NCBI GenBank assembly: GCA_036501025.1
Contig: DASYBB010000096.1
Span: forward strand, 3,645 to 67,644
Direction: 5' to 3'
Source of the DNA: Streptosporangiaceae bacterium
GTDB taxonomy: Bacteria > Actinomycetota > Actinomycetes > Streptosporangiales > Streptosporangiaceae
DNA: 64,000 bases
In this document: positions 49,457-58,656 of the stretch, piece after piece
How positions within the stretch are numbered: position 1 is the first letter of the stretch
How the letters are laid out: each line of letters starts with the position of its first letter
Notes under the pieces: model-generated
What the model was told of the DNA's origin: nothing
Seen by the model: only the letters and a program-made list of their open reading frames with translations
Databases searched by the model: none
Made by a program: the position numbers and the translations under genes

Positions 49457-50242
49457 TCAGCCGACCATCCAGCGCGCGCTGACGGCGAGCGCGGCGACGG
49501 CCACCAGCCCGAAGACGGTGACCCACACCGCGCCCGGCAGCCGGGTGAGCCGGGCCAGCTGATCGGCATCGGTCCGCCGCGGGCCGCCGCCGCGCCGCCG
49601 CTCGCCCTGCAGCTCGATCACCGGCCGCACGCCGCCCAGCAGCATGAACCAGGTCATCGCGTACCCGAACCCGGCCTGGACGACCGGCGCGGCGAGCAGG
49701 CTGACGGCCGCGATCGCGCCCCCGGTGGCGAGCACAGCGAGCATGCCGTAGACGTTCCGGATGGCGATGATGAGCCCGGCCAGCAGCACCAGGCTGAGCA
49801 GCAGCATCGCGGTCAGGTGGCCGACGGCCAGCAGCGCCGCCGCGCCGAGGCCCAGCAGCGACGGCGCCGGGTAGCCGGCCGCGCAGGTGAGCACGATGCC
49901 GGGACCGGTCGGCCTGCCCGCCGACTCGGTCACCCCGGCCGTGCTGCGGTACAGCCGGACGCCGCTCAGGTGCCGGCCGGTGACCAGCGCCACCAGCGCG
50001 TGCCCGCTCTCGTGCACGATCGTCACCACGATGCGGGCCAGCCGCCAGGCCCGCGGCGAGGCCACGGCGGCCAGCGCGACCGCGCCGCTGACCAGGACCA
50101 GCCACAGCGGCGGCCGGGGCTGGGTGGCCAGCGCGTGCTGCCACAGCCCGCCGGCCCGGTGCGCCACGCCCCCGGCCTGCGGCCAGCCGCGCGCCAGGCC
50201 GGCGGCATGCCGCAGCGCCGCGCCCGCTGGCGCCCCGTCCAT
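49457..50242 (-). CDS. M50-family (Peptidase_M50B-like) integral-membrane metallopeptidase
   Basis: VTIVHESGHALVALVTGR (HExxH) within a multi-TM protein. Start set to the ATG at 50242, in frame with track ORF 50545. Confidence 0.75.
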   Translation of the reverse strand: MDGAPAGAALRHAAGLARGWPQAGGVAHRAGGLWQHALATQPRPPLWLVLVSGAVALAAVASPRAWRLARIVVTIVHESGHALVALVTGRHLSGVRLYRSTAGVTESAGRPTGPGIVLTCAAGYPAPSLLGLGAAALLAVGHLTAMLLLSLVLLAGLIIAIRNVYGMLAVLATGGAIAAVSLLAAPVVQAGFGYAMTWFMLLGGVRPVIELQGERRRGGGPRRTDADQLARLTRLPGAVWVTVFGLVAVAALAVSARWMVG

Positions 50243-50513
50243 CCGTGTTCCCAGCACTCGCCCTGCCCTGAGGCCGGCGGCCGCCGCCGGCGTTTGCCTG
50301 CCAGGGTAGGCCACCCCGGCCGCCGCCGGTCCCGATCGGGGCCACCGCCCCGCGCCGCCGGCCCGGCCCCGCGACGGCGCCAGGATCCATACGAAACGCT
50401 GGCCCGGCCCCGGCCGCCCGTCCCCGGCGCGGAGGCCTGGGCGGCGGGGGCCACATCGGCCAGGGGCGCCGGCCCCGGCGGGCCCGCGCCGGCCGGCTGG
50501 CAGGATATGGCCC

Positions 50514-51947
50514 ATGAACGAGCTAGCGGCGCAGCAGGTGCACACGTCGGTCGCTGGAGCCTGGGCCGATCAGGTCCTGCCCAGCCTGTCCGGCCTCATC
50601 GAGATCCCGGCCCTGTCGCCGGCCTTCGACCGGTCGTGGGCGGCCAGCGGCCAGCTCCGCGCCGCCGCCGAGCACGTCCGCGACTGGATCGCGGCCCGCG
50701 GCCTGCGCGGCGCCCGGTGCGAGATCATCGAGCTCGAGGGCCGCTCGCCCCTGCTGCTGGTCGAGGTGGACGCGTCGCCGCAGGCGGCGGCCGCGGGCAC
50801 CGTCCTGCTGTACGGGCACCTCGACAAGCAGCCGCCGGTGGGCGGCTGGTCGGAGGGCCTCGGCCCGTGGCAGCCGGTGCTGCGCGACGGCCGCCTCTAC
50901 GGCCGCGGCGCGGTCGACGATGGCTACAGCGGGTACGCCGCGGTCACCGCGCTGGAGGCGGTGACGGCGGCCGGCGGGGAGCACGCCCGGGCGGTGGTGC
51001 TGCTGGAGACCGGCGAGGAGTCGGGCAGCCCGGACCTGCCCGCGTACCTGGAGCACCTGGGCGGCCGGCTCGGCGACGTGACGCTCGTGGTGTGCCTTGA
51101 CGCGGGCGGCGGCGACTACGGCCGGCTGTGGCTGACCAGCAGCCTGCGCGGCGTCGTCCAGGCCACCGTCACGGTCCGCGTCCTGCGCACGCCGCAGCAC
51201 TCGGGCATAGCCAGCGGCGTCGTGCCCAGCTCGTTCCGGATCATGCGCCAGCTGCTGGACCGGGTCGAGGATCCGGTTACGGGCGAGATCAGGCTCGCCG
51301 CCATGAACGTCGCGATCCCGGCTGAGGTCCGCGCCGCCGCGCAGGCCGCGGCCGCCGCCCGGCCGGGGGCGCTGCGGACGATGTTCCCGCTCGTCGAGGG
51401 GATGCGGCCGGCCAGCGAGGACGAGGTCGAGCTGATCCTGAACAACACCTGGCGGCCCACGCTGTCGGTGCTCGGCGCGGGCGGGCTGCCCGAGCCGGCC
51501 GACGCCGGGAACGTGCTGCGGTCCGCGACGTCGCTCGCGCTCGGCGTCCGGCTGCCGCCGACGGCTGACGCGCACGCCGCCCTGGCCCAGCTCGAGCAGG
51601 CCCTGACCGCCGACGTGCCCTACGGCGCGCAGGTCGAGCTGAGCGGGCTGGCGGCGGAGGACGGCTGGTGCGCCCCGGCGGCGGCGCCGTGGCTGGAGGA
51701 CGCGCTGGCCGGCCTGGGCCAGCGGGTGTTCGGCCGGCCGGCGGCCAGCATCGGGATCGGCGGCTCGGTGCCGTTCATGGGGCTGCTGGGCCGGCTGTAC
51801 CCGCGGGCGCAGTTCGTGGTCACCGGCGCGCTCGGCAGCGACTCGAACATGCACGTGCCCGACGAGTGGCTGAACGTCGGGTTCGCCATCCAGGTGACCG
51901 AGGCCGTGGCGCACATCCTGGACGCGCACGCCCGCGTCTCGAGCTGA
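50514..51947 (+). CDS. M20/M25/M40 family metallohydrolase (dipeptidase-like)
   Basis: LLYGHLDKQPP, GRGAVDDGYSG, LLETGEESGS, GGSVPFM. Confidence 0.9.
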   Translation: MNELAAQQVHTSVAGAWADQVLPSLSGLIEIPALSPAFDRSWAASGQLRAAAEHVRDWIAARGLRGARCEIIELEGRSPLLLVEVDASPQAAAAGTVLLYGHLDKQPPVGGWSEGLGPWQPVLRDGRLYGRGAVDDGYSGYAAVTALEAVTAAGGEHARAVVLLETGEESGSPDLPAYLEHLGGRLGDVTLVVCLDAGGGDYGRLWLTSSLRGVVQATVTVRVLRTPQHSGIASGVVPSSFRIMRQLLDRVEDPVTGEIRLAAMNVAIPAEVRAAAQAAAAARPGALRTMFPLVEGMRPASEDEVELILNNTWRPTLSVLGAGGLPEPADAGNVLRSATSLALGVRLPPTADAHAALAQLEQALTADVPYGAQVELSGLAAEDGWCAPAAAPWLEDALAGLGQRVFGRPAASIGIGGSVPFMGLLGRLYPRAQFVVTGALGSDSNMHVPDEWLNVGFAIQVTEAVAHILDAHARVSS

Positions 51948-51958
51948 AGGAGCACGCG

Positions 51959-52804
51959 ATGGACAGCTGGCTGGATGACGCCGATGCCCTCGACACCGGA
52001 ACCGGCGACCTGCTGGCCGGCGTGGCCGACGGCGTCGCGACCATCGTCCTGAACCGGCCGGACCGGCGGAACGCGCTGTCCGAGGAGATGCTCGCCGGCC
52101 TGGCCCGGGTGCTGGACCGGCTGGAGGCCGCGGCCGGCGTCGGCGCGCTGGTCATCACCGGCAGCGGCCCGGCCTTCTGCGCGGGCGGGGACGTGAAGGG
52201 GTTCAGCGAGCGCGGCGGCGAGGGCGGGACGTCCGGGCAGGTCGACCCGGCCGCGGTGGCGGCGCAGCGCGAGTCGCAGCGCGCGACCGTCGGGCGGCTG
52301 CACGCCTTCGCCCGGCCGGTCATCGCCGCGCTGCCCGGCGCGGCGGCCGGCGCCGGGCTCGGCTTCGCGCTGGCCGCGGATCTGCGGATCGGGACGCCGC
52401 GCACGGTCATGACCACCGCCTTCGCGCGGGTCGGCCTGCCCGGCGACTACGGGACGGCCTGGCTGCTGCGGCAGCTGGTCGGCCCGTCCCGGGCCGCCGA
52501 GCTGATGTTCCTGAGCGACCGCCTTGACGCGGACACGTGCCTGCGCCTCGGGCTGCTCAACTGGGTCGTGCCCGAGGCCGAGCTCCGGCCGCGGACGGCC
52601 GAGCTGGCGGCCCGGCTGGCGCGCGGACCGCGCCTGGCCCTGCGCGGCATGAAGCGCAACCTGCTGCTGGCCGGGCAGGCGGGCCTGGACGAGGCGATGG
52701 ACGTCGAGGTCGCGCTGCACAAGGAGTGCGGCGTCACCGACGATCACCGGGAGGCGGTCGCGGCGTTCATGGAGAAGCGCGAGCCCCGGTTCAGCGGCGC
52801 CTAG
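51959..52804 (+). CDS. Enoyl-CoA hydratase/isomerase (crotonase) family protein
   Basis: ATIVLNRPDRRNAL..., VITGSGPAFCAGGDV. ATG at 51959 after GAAGGAG. Confidence 0.9.
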   Translation: MDSWLDDADALDTGTGDLLAGVADGVATIVLNRPDRRNALSEEMLAGLARVLDRLEAAAGVGALVITGSGPAFCAGGDVKGFSERGGEGGTSGQVDPAAVAAQRESQRATVGRLHAFARPVIAALPGAAAGAGLGFALAADLRIGTPRTVMTTAFARVGLPGDYGTAWLLRQLVGPSRAAELMFLSDRLDADTCLRLGLLNWVVPEAELRPRTAELAARLARGPRLALRGMKRNLLLAGQAGLDEAMDVEVALHKECGVTDDHREAVAAFMEKREPRFSGA

Positions 52805-53964
52805 TCCGGGGCCGCTGCCGCCAGCACGGCGAGCGCGGCCTCCACCCCGTCGCCGGTGCGCACCGGCACGCCGAGGTCGGCCAGGGTCCGGCCGAGGGCC
52901 ATCAGCCCGATGGCCGGGTTCAGGCCGCGCGCCGTCGGCCCCATGTGGCCGATCCGGACCAGGTTCCCGGCGCCCTGGCCGTCGGCCAGCATGACCCCGT
53001 ACCGGGCGCGGGCGTGGTCGCGGACGGCCTCGTGGTCGAGGCCGTCGGGGACGGCGATGGCGGTGACGCTGGCCGCCGCGACGGCCTCGCTGGCCGGCCA
53101 GATCCGCAGGCCCATGGCCGCGACGCCGGCCCGGCAGGCCCGGGCCGCGGTCTCGTGCCGCGCGATCGACGCCGCCACCCCCTCGGCGAGGAGCTGCTCG
53201 CAGGCGGCCGCGACGCCGTAGACCTCGCTGACGGACGGCGTGTAGGGGAACTGCCCGCGCCCGTGCCACTGCTCGCGCCAGTCCAGCAGGGACAGGAACG
53301 AGGCGCGCGGGGCCGCCGGGTTGGCCTCGATCGCGGCCCACGCCGGCGCGCTGACCGCGACCAGCGACATGCCGGCCGGCCCGGCCAGGCACTTCTGCGG
53401 CCCGGCCACGCACACGTCGAGCTGCCAGGCATCCGGGTGCAGTGCCATGCCGCCCAGCGACGCCACGCAGTCGACCAGGGTGAGCACGCCGCGGGACCGC
53501 GCGATCGGGCCGATCGCGGCGCAGTCGTTGAAGGTGCCGGACGGCGTCTCGCAGTGCACCACGCTCAGCAGCTCGATCTCGGGGTGCTCGTCCAGGTAGG
53601 CGGCGACCGCGGCCGGGTCGATGGCCTCGGCGTAGGAGGTCTCGATCTCGTGCAGCACGGCGCCGAAGGCCTTCAGCCAGTACCCCATGCCCTTGCCGAA
53701 CACGCCCGAGGCGAGGTTCAGCACGGCCATCCCCGGCCGCACCAGCGCCCGGGCCGCCGCCTCCAGGCCGAGGATGGCCTCGCCCTGCATGAGGATGATC
53801 TCGTTCTCGGTGCCGAAGACCTGGCCGACCCTGGCCTCCGCGGCGCGGAAGGCCTCCCGGAACACCGGGTCGTGGTCGTCGATGATGGGGCTGCCGAGCG
53901 CGGCGAGCGTGCGGGCACTCGCGGGGGACGGCCCGGCCGACAGGGTGAAGTCCGGCTCGCGCAC
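52801..53964 (-). CDS. Class V pyridoxal-phosphate aminotransferase (serine/alanine-glyoxylate-type)
   Basis: FTLSAGPSPASARTLAAL..., HCETPSGT..., VDCVASLGG..., GPQKCLAGPAGMS (PLP Lys). GTG start after AAGGAG. Confidence 0.9.
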   Translation of the reverse strand: MREPDFTLSAGPSPASARTLAALGSPIIDDHDPVFREAFRAAEARVGQVFGTENEIILMQGEAILGLEAAARALVRPGMAVLNLASGVFGKGMGYWLKAFGAVLHEIETSYAEAIDPAAVAAYLDEHPEIELLSVVHCETPSGTFNDCAAIGPIARSRGVLTLVDCVASLGGMALHPDAWQLDVCVAGPQKCLAGPAGMSLVAVSAPAWAAIEANPAAPRASFLSLLDWREQWHGRGQFPYTPSVSEVYGVAAACEQLLAEGVAASIARHETAARACRAGVAAMGLRIWPASEAVAAASVTAIAVPDGLDHEAVRDHARARYGVMLADGQGAGNLVRIGHMGPTARGLNPAIGLMALGRTLADLGVPVRTGDGVEAALAVLAAAAPD

Positions 53965-54369
53965 GGGTGACTCCTTAACTGGAAACCGGCCGGCGGCCTG
54001 CGCCCGATGGCCGCTGGTGGCCCATCCTGGGGTCAGGTGTCCGGTTTTTACCGGCCAATTACTGGAACGTTAATTATCAGTATCCAAAGTGAATTACGGC
54101 ATCATAGCGGCCGCCGCCGGGAGCGGCCGGCGGCCGCCGCCGGGCCGGCCGAACCCGGGGCCCAGACTGGCTACAGCGGGACCGGCCGATCCAGGTATGA
54201 TCCACGAACCGCGGTCTAAAGCCCCGTGGACGATGCCTTAGCGGTTCTTCCCGGCCGGTGGGCGTCATTCAGGACGTTAGCTGGTATCTCGCCAGGCGGG
54301 CCCATTCGCCCGGCCCGGCGAGCCCCGGACGCCCTTGACCAGAACCGCCGAAGACCAGGAGGCCGCGGG

Positions 54370-56559
54370 ATGACCCCCCAGCCATTCAACGAGATGGCTC
54401 CCGCCGGCCAGCCGGCGGCTGCGCAGGCGGCGCCCGTCCGGTCCGGCCCGGTACCGCCCCTCGCCGCGGGCTTCATCACCAGGCCCGAGACGGCCCCCGG
54501 CCTGGGCGGGACCCTGGTCCCCGGCCGGGTCGCGGTGATCGCGCCCGCCCGCCCGTCCGCCGAGCCCGGCCGCGACTGGCTGAGCGTAAGCGGGAAGACC
54601 CAGCTGGCCGCGCACTTCGCCGAGTCGCTGTGGCGCGCTCAGGAGCTGCAGCTGCTGGTCTGGGTCACGGCCACGAGCCGGGCCTCGGTGCTCTCGGGCT
54701 ACGCCGAGGCGGCCGCGGCGGCGATGGGATCCGACCCGGCCGGCGAGGCCGAGGCGGCCGCGACGCGGTTCGTCAACTGGCTCGGGGAGACCGGCGTGCG
54801 GTGGCTCGTGGTCCTTGACGACGTCACCGACGGGGCCGACCTGGAAGGGCTGTGGCCGATGGGGCCGCGGGGCCGGCTCCTGATCACGACCAAGAACCCC
54901 GGCCGCCTGCCGCCGGAGGCCAAGGCCAACACGCTGCCGGTCGGGCCGTTCAGCCAGCGCGAGGCGCTCGGCTACCTGATGGGGCGGCTGACCGCCGACC
55001 TGGATCAGCGGCTGGGGGCGCTCGACCTGGTCACCGACCTGGAGTGCGAGCCGATGGCGCTCGCCCAGGCCAGCGCGGTGATCAGCGAGTCCACCCTGAC
55101 CTGCCGCGACTACCGGGGCTATTTCGCCCGCCGCCGCGACCAGCTGGCCGAGGGCGGCACGATCGCGCCCGCCGGCGTGTGCTGGACCTTCGGGTTCGAG
55201 CAGGCCGGCCGGCTGTCGCCGGACGGCGCGGCGCAGTCGCTGCTGGCCATGGCCGCCCTCCTGGACGGGCACGCGATTCCCGGCGAGGTGTTCACCGCCC
55301 CGGCCGTGCTGAAGCACCTCGGCGCCGGCGCGGGCCAGGTCGCCGTCAGCCCGGAGCACGCCCGCGACGCGCTGCTCCTGCCCGCCCGGGCCGGCCTGCT
55401 GGAGATCGACCCGGCCGGCCGCTGGCCGATCATCCGGATGAGCCCCGTGCTGCAGGCCGCGCTGCGCGCGGTCATGCCCGCCGAGGTGCTCCGGCGCGCG
55501 GCCCGGGTGGCGGCCGACGCGCTGCTGGAGGTCTGGCCCGAGGACGACCGGAATGCCTGGGCCGCCGACCGGCTGCGGTCCTGCGCGGCCAGCGTCCAGC
55601 AGGTCGCCGGGGACCTGCTGTGGGCGGGCGGCTGTCACCAGCTGCTGCTGCGTGCCGGGCAGAGCCTGGACCGGGCGGGCCTGACCGGCCCGGCCGTCAG
55701 CTACTGGAGGGAGCTGATCGCGGTCAGCGACCGGGTGCTGGGCCGGGAGCACCCCGACACGCTGGTGATCGGCGAGGACCTGGCCCGCGCGTGCCTGGCG
55801 GCGGGCCGGCCGGCCGACGCCGTTCCGTGGTTCCAGTGGGCGCTGACCAGCCGCATCCGGGTCCTGGGACCCGACCATTCCGCCGCGATCGGGGCCCGGC
55901 GCAGCCTGGGGCATGCATTAATGGCGGCCCGGCAGTTCGATGAGGCCATTTCCGTGCTGGACGGGGCGGTCCGGGACTGCGAGCGCGTCCGCGGCACCGA
56001 TCACCTGGACACGCTCGCGGCCCGCGACGACCTGGCCGACGCCTACGGCGCCGCGGGCCAGGCCGGCGCGGCCCTCCAGCTGCGCCAGCTGACCCTCAAG
56101 CAGCTGGAGATCCGCCAGGGCGCCCGGCACCCGGACACGATCGCGACCCGGCAGAAGCTGGCCGACGCCTTCCTGGCCGACGGCCGGTTCAAGGACGCGG
56201 TGAACCAGTACAAGCGGACCCTGGCCGACCGGGAGAAGATCCTCGGCCCGGACCACCTGGACACGATCGGGTCCCGCGTCAGCCTCGGCTCCGCCTACCA
56301 GTCGGCAGGCAAGATGACCTCGACGATGCAGCTCTACGAGCAGGCCAGCGCGGGGTACGAGCGCGTGCTCGGCCCGGACCACCGCGACACCCTGGCCCAC
56401 CGGGCCAACCTGGCCAGCGTGTACGCGACGGCGGGCCGCCTGACCGACGCCAGCGCGCTGCTCCGCGACACCGTCGCGCGCTGCGAGCAGACCCTGCCCG
56501 CCGGGGACCCGCTGACCGAGTCGGTCCGCGAGAGCCTGTCGCAGATGCTGGGTCCATGA
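54370..56559 (+). CDS. STAND NTPase (NB-ARC-like) with C-terminal TPR array; atypical P-loop
   Basis: SVSGKTQLA (GKT retained, upstream glycines missing), WLVVLDDV (Walker B), GRLLITTK, PVGPFSQREALGYL, CEPMALAQA (GLPLAL-like). Then at least 6 TPR_12-type repeats (GxxHPDTL / GPDHxDT). ATG at 54370 after AGGAGG. Confidence 0.85.
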   Translation: MTPQPFNEMAPAGQPAAAQAAPVRSGPVPPLAAGFITRPETAPGLGGTLVPGRVAVIAPARPSAEPGRDWLSVSGKTQLAAHFAESLWRAQELQLLVWVTATSRASVLSGYAEAAAAAMGSDPAGEAEAAATRFVNWLGETGVRWLVVLDDVTDGADLEGLWPMGPRGRLLITTKNPGRLPPEAKANTLPVGPFSQREALGYLMGRLTADLDQRLGALDLVTDLECEPMALAQASAVISESTLTCRDYRGYFARRRDQLAEGGTIAPAGVCWTFGFEQAGRLSPDGAAQSLLAMAALLDGHAIPGEVFTAPAVLKHLGAGAGQVAVSPEHARDALLLPARAGLLEIDPAGRWPIIRMSPVLQAALRAVMPAEVLRRAARVAADALLEVWPEDDRNAWAADRLRSCAASVQQVAGDLLWAGGCHQLLLRAGQSLDRAGLTGPAVSYWRELIAVSDRVLGREHPDTLVIGEDLARACLAAGRPADAVPWFQWALTSRIRVLGPDHSAAIGARRSLGHALMAARQFDEAISVLDGAVRDCERVRGTDHLDTLAARDDLADAYGAAGQAGAALQLRQLTLKQLEIRQGARHPDTIATRQKLADAFLADGRFKDAVNQYKRTLADREKILGPDHLDTIGSRVSLGSAYQSAGKMTSTMQLYEQASAGYERVLGPDHRDTLAHRANLASVYATAGRLTDASALLRDTVARCEQTLPAGDPLTESVRESLSQMLGP

Positions 56560-57110
56560 CCTGCGGAAATAGCATGATGCGCCCTTAGCGGGCCGCCGTT
56601 GTGCCGCCATCCGGGGTGATGGAGGGGACCAATGGGGCAAATGGCCAGCCAGGGCCGGGGCAATAAGCTTAAAATGGGCCCGCACTTTCTTATGGGCTGA
56701 TTCCGGGCATGCGCGAGCGCTGACACCCGTTCAAGGAGAGACCCCCATGACCTCCAGGCCGTTGTCGGCTGAGAGCTGGCTAGGTGCAGCCAGCTCGCAG
56801 CCGGGGAGAGAGCTTCCATGCAGCGCCGCGCGCGCTGTTCTCGGCAAAAATGCCTGGTCAGGCCGTCTGTGTCCCGGCTGAACCCCGGCCGCTGGCGTGG
56901 CTGGCCAGCGGCCTGCCGGGGCGAGCGACCTGAGCTGGGCCGCGGAGCGCGGCCATGATGCGGCCACGGAGCCTGCCCGCCAGCGTCAGCGCGCCGGCCA
57001 CCGGCGGGCCGAATCCGCTCACGGCGGGTCCGGCAGTCCGCCGCGGGCGCCGCAGAACCCCCCCACGACATGCAGCACGAAGCTCTTCTTCGGGAAGGAC
57101 GGATAGTTCC

Positions 57111-58541
57111 ATGACCCCCAGATCCGCGGCACCGGACGACCAGGTTCGCCGGTACGTCGAGACGCACCACATTGACCACATCCCGCCCGCCGCCCGGCAC
57201 GGCAAGAAGTGGCAGCAGCTCTTCTTCTGGGCCGGAGCCAACTTCAATGTGTTCAACCTGTTCCTGGGCGGCGTGGTCGTGGTTATCGGCCTTACGTTCT
57301 GGTGGGCCATCATCGCGATCGTGGTCGGCGCGCTGATCGGCGGCCTGCTGATCGCCCTGCACGCCACCCAGGGCCCGCGCCTCGGCGTCCCGCAGACGAT
57401 CCAGTCCCGGGGCCAGTTCGGCTTCTACGGCGCGGCCTTCATGTTCCCGGCCGTGCTGCTGCTCACCGTCGGCTTCATCGCCGCCCAGTTCGTGATCCAG
57501 GCCCAGAGCCTGCAGGCCGTCGGCGGCTCCCTCACCGTCCCGGAATGGATCCTGATCCTGATCCCACCGGCGCTGATCGTCGGCATCTTCGGGTACCGGT
57601 GGATTCACCGGACCGTGCAGATCACCACGGTCGTCGTGGGCATCGGCCTGATCGTCATGTTCATCCAGGCCGTGACCTACGGCAAGGACCTGCCGGCGGC
57701 GGAGGCCGGCCTGGCCCACCACCCGACCCTCGGCATTTTCCTGGCCGGCGTGGCGCTGCTGGTCATCGACCTGCTGAGCTTCGGCCCGTTCGTGAGCGAC
57801 TACACCCGCTACCTGCCCGAGAACACCGCCCCGAAGCGGCTCTTCTGGGCGATCTACTCGGGCAATGTCCTGGCCACCACCGCGGCCTGCGCGCTCGGCG
57901 CCTACCTGACCGCCCTGTTCGGTGTGGCCAGTGACCCGATCACGGACGTCGGCCAGGTATCCGGGAAGTGGGCGCTCGTCATCATGGGGCTGAGCCTGAT
58001 CGGCTCCGACGCCTTCTGCGCCTACACCGGCACGTTCCAGGTGCTGGCCTTCGCCAACATGTGGCGGCAGTTCAAGTCGGCGTCCGCGGCCCTGCGGATC
58101 ATCCCGTTCGTGGTCGTCATGGGCACCGGCGTCGTGATCGCCCTCCTTGGCTACAAGTCGTTCGTGACCAACCTCTCCAACCTGCTGGAAGTCCTCCTCG
58201 GGATCTTCATCCCGTGGTCGGCGGTCAACCTGACCGACTACTTCTTCGTCCGGCACGGCAACTACAACGTGGCGTCGTTCTTCGTCCCGGACGGCCGCTA
58301 CGGCCGGTTCGCCTGGCGCGGGCTGGTCGCCTACGCCATCGGCCTCGTCCTCGAGCTGCCGTTCATCAGCCAGGCCTACTGGCAGGGATGGTTCGTCAAG
58401 GACCTGGGCGGCGCGGACATCTCCTGGGTCGTCGGCTTCGTCATCCCGGCCGCCCTCTACCTGTGGTTCGCCAAGGCGTGGCCGGTCCAGGACAGCCCCT
58501 CGGACCTGCCGGTCGGCGGCGTCCGGACCGCGGCTCTCTGA
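57111..58541 (+). CDS. NCS1 family (purine-cytosine/hydantoin/allantoin-type) permease
   Basis: FFWAGANFNVFNLFLGG..., QTIQSRGQFGFYG..., 12-TM pattern. ATG at 57111 is in frame with track ORF 56955. Confidence 0.9.
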   Translation: MTPRSAAPDDQVRRYVETHHIDHIPPAARHGKKWQQLFFWAGANFNVFNLFLGGVVVVIGLTFWWAIIAIVVGALIGGLLIALHATQGPRLGVPQTIQSRGQFGFYGAAFMFPAVLLLTVGFIAAQFVIQAQSLQAVGGSLTVPEWILILIPPALIVGIFGYRWIHRTVQITTVVVGIGLIVMFIQAVTYGKDLPAAEAGLAHHPTLGIFLAGVALLVIDLLSFGPFVSDYTRYLPENTAPKRLFWAIYSGNVLATTAACALGAYLTALFGVASDPITDVGQVSGKWALVIMGLSLIGSDAFCAYTGTFQVLAFANMWRQFKSASAALRIIPFVVVMGTGVVIALLGYKSFVTNLSNLLEVLLGIFIPWSAVNLTDYFFVRHGNYNVASFFVPDGRYGRFAWRGLVAYAIGLVLELPFISQAYWQGWFVKDLGGADISWVVGFVIPAALYLWFAKAWPVQDSPSDLPVGGVRTAAL

Positions 58542-58563
58542 CCCAGTGGCTCTCTGACCCAGC
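58532..58563 (+). repeat. 16-nt tandem duplication spanning the NCS1 stop codon
   Basis: GGCTCTCTGACCCAGT (58532-58547) is followed directly by GGCTCTCTGACCCAGC (58548-58563). The TGA at 58539-58541 is the stop codon. Confidence 0.8.
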
Positions 58564-58587
58564 AGTCACTGAGCCAGGACATTCACC

Positions 58588-58626
58588 GGCGGGCAGGTCC
58601 GGCGCGACGCGCCAGTCCTGCCCGCC
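58588..58626. terminator. Bidirectional terminator-like hairpin between convergent genes
   Basis: GGCGGGCAGG (58588-58597) pairs with CCTGCCCGCC (58617-58626), a perfect 10-bp stem, plus an inner GGCGC/GCGCC helix. Confidence 0.6.
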
Positions 58627-58656
58627 GTCCTGTCCGCCGCCCCGAACGGCGCCGCC

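Noticed and set aside
56690-56790. TPP-riboswitch-like fragments (CTGATTCCGGGCATG and GCTGAGAG) upstream of the NCS1 permease
   Set aside because: The two fragments are in the wrong order and spacing relative to the THI-box (CUGAGA should precede ACCUGAUCNGG...GCG-AGGGA). The P4/P5 helices cannot be drawn either.
56747-56881. 44-codon ORF as a bona fide protein gene
   Set aside because: It has a strong RBS, but third-codon positions are not G/C-biased like real genes here. I keep it only as a possible leader peptide within a finding, not as a CDS feature.
54277-58256. 545-aa and 640-aa minus-strand ORFs (54277..55914 and 56334..58256)
   Set aside because: Antisense to the NB-ARC-TPR gene and the NCS1 permease respectively. 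Composition is typical of antisense frames.
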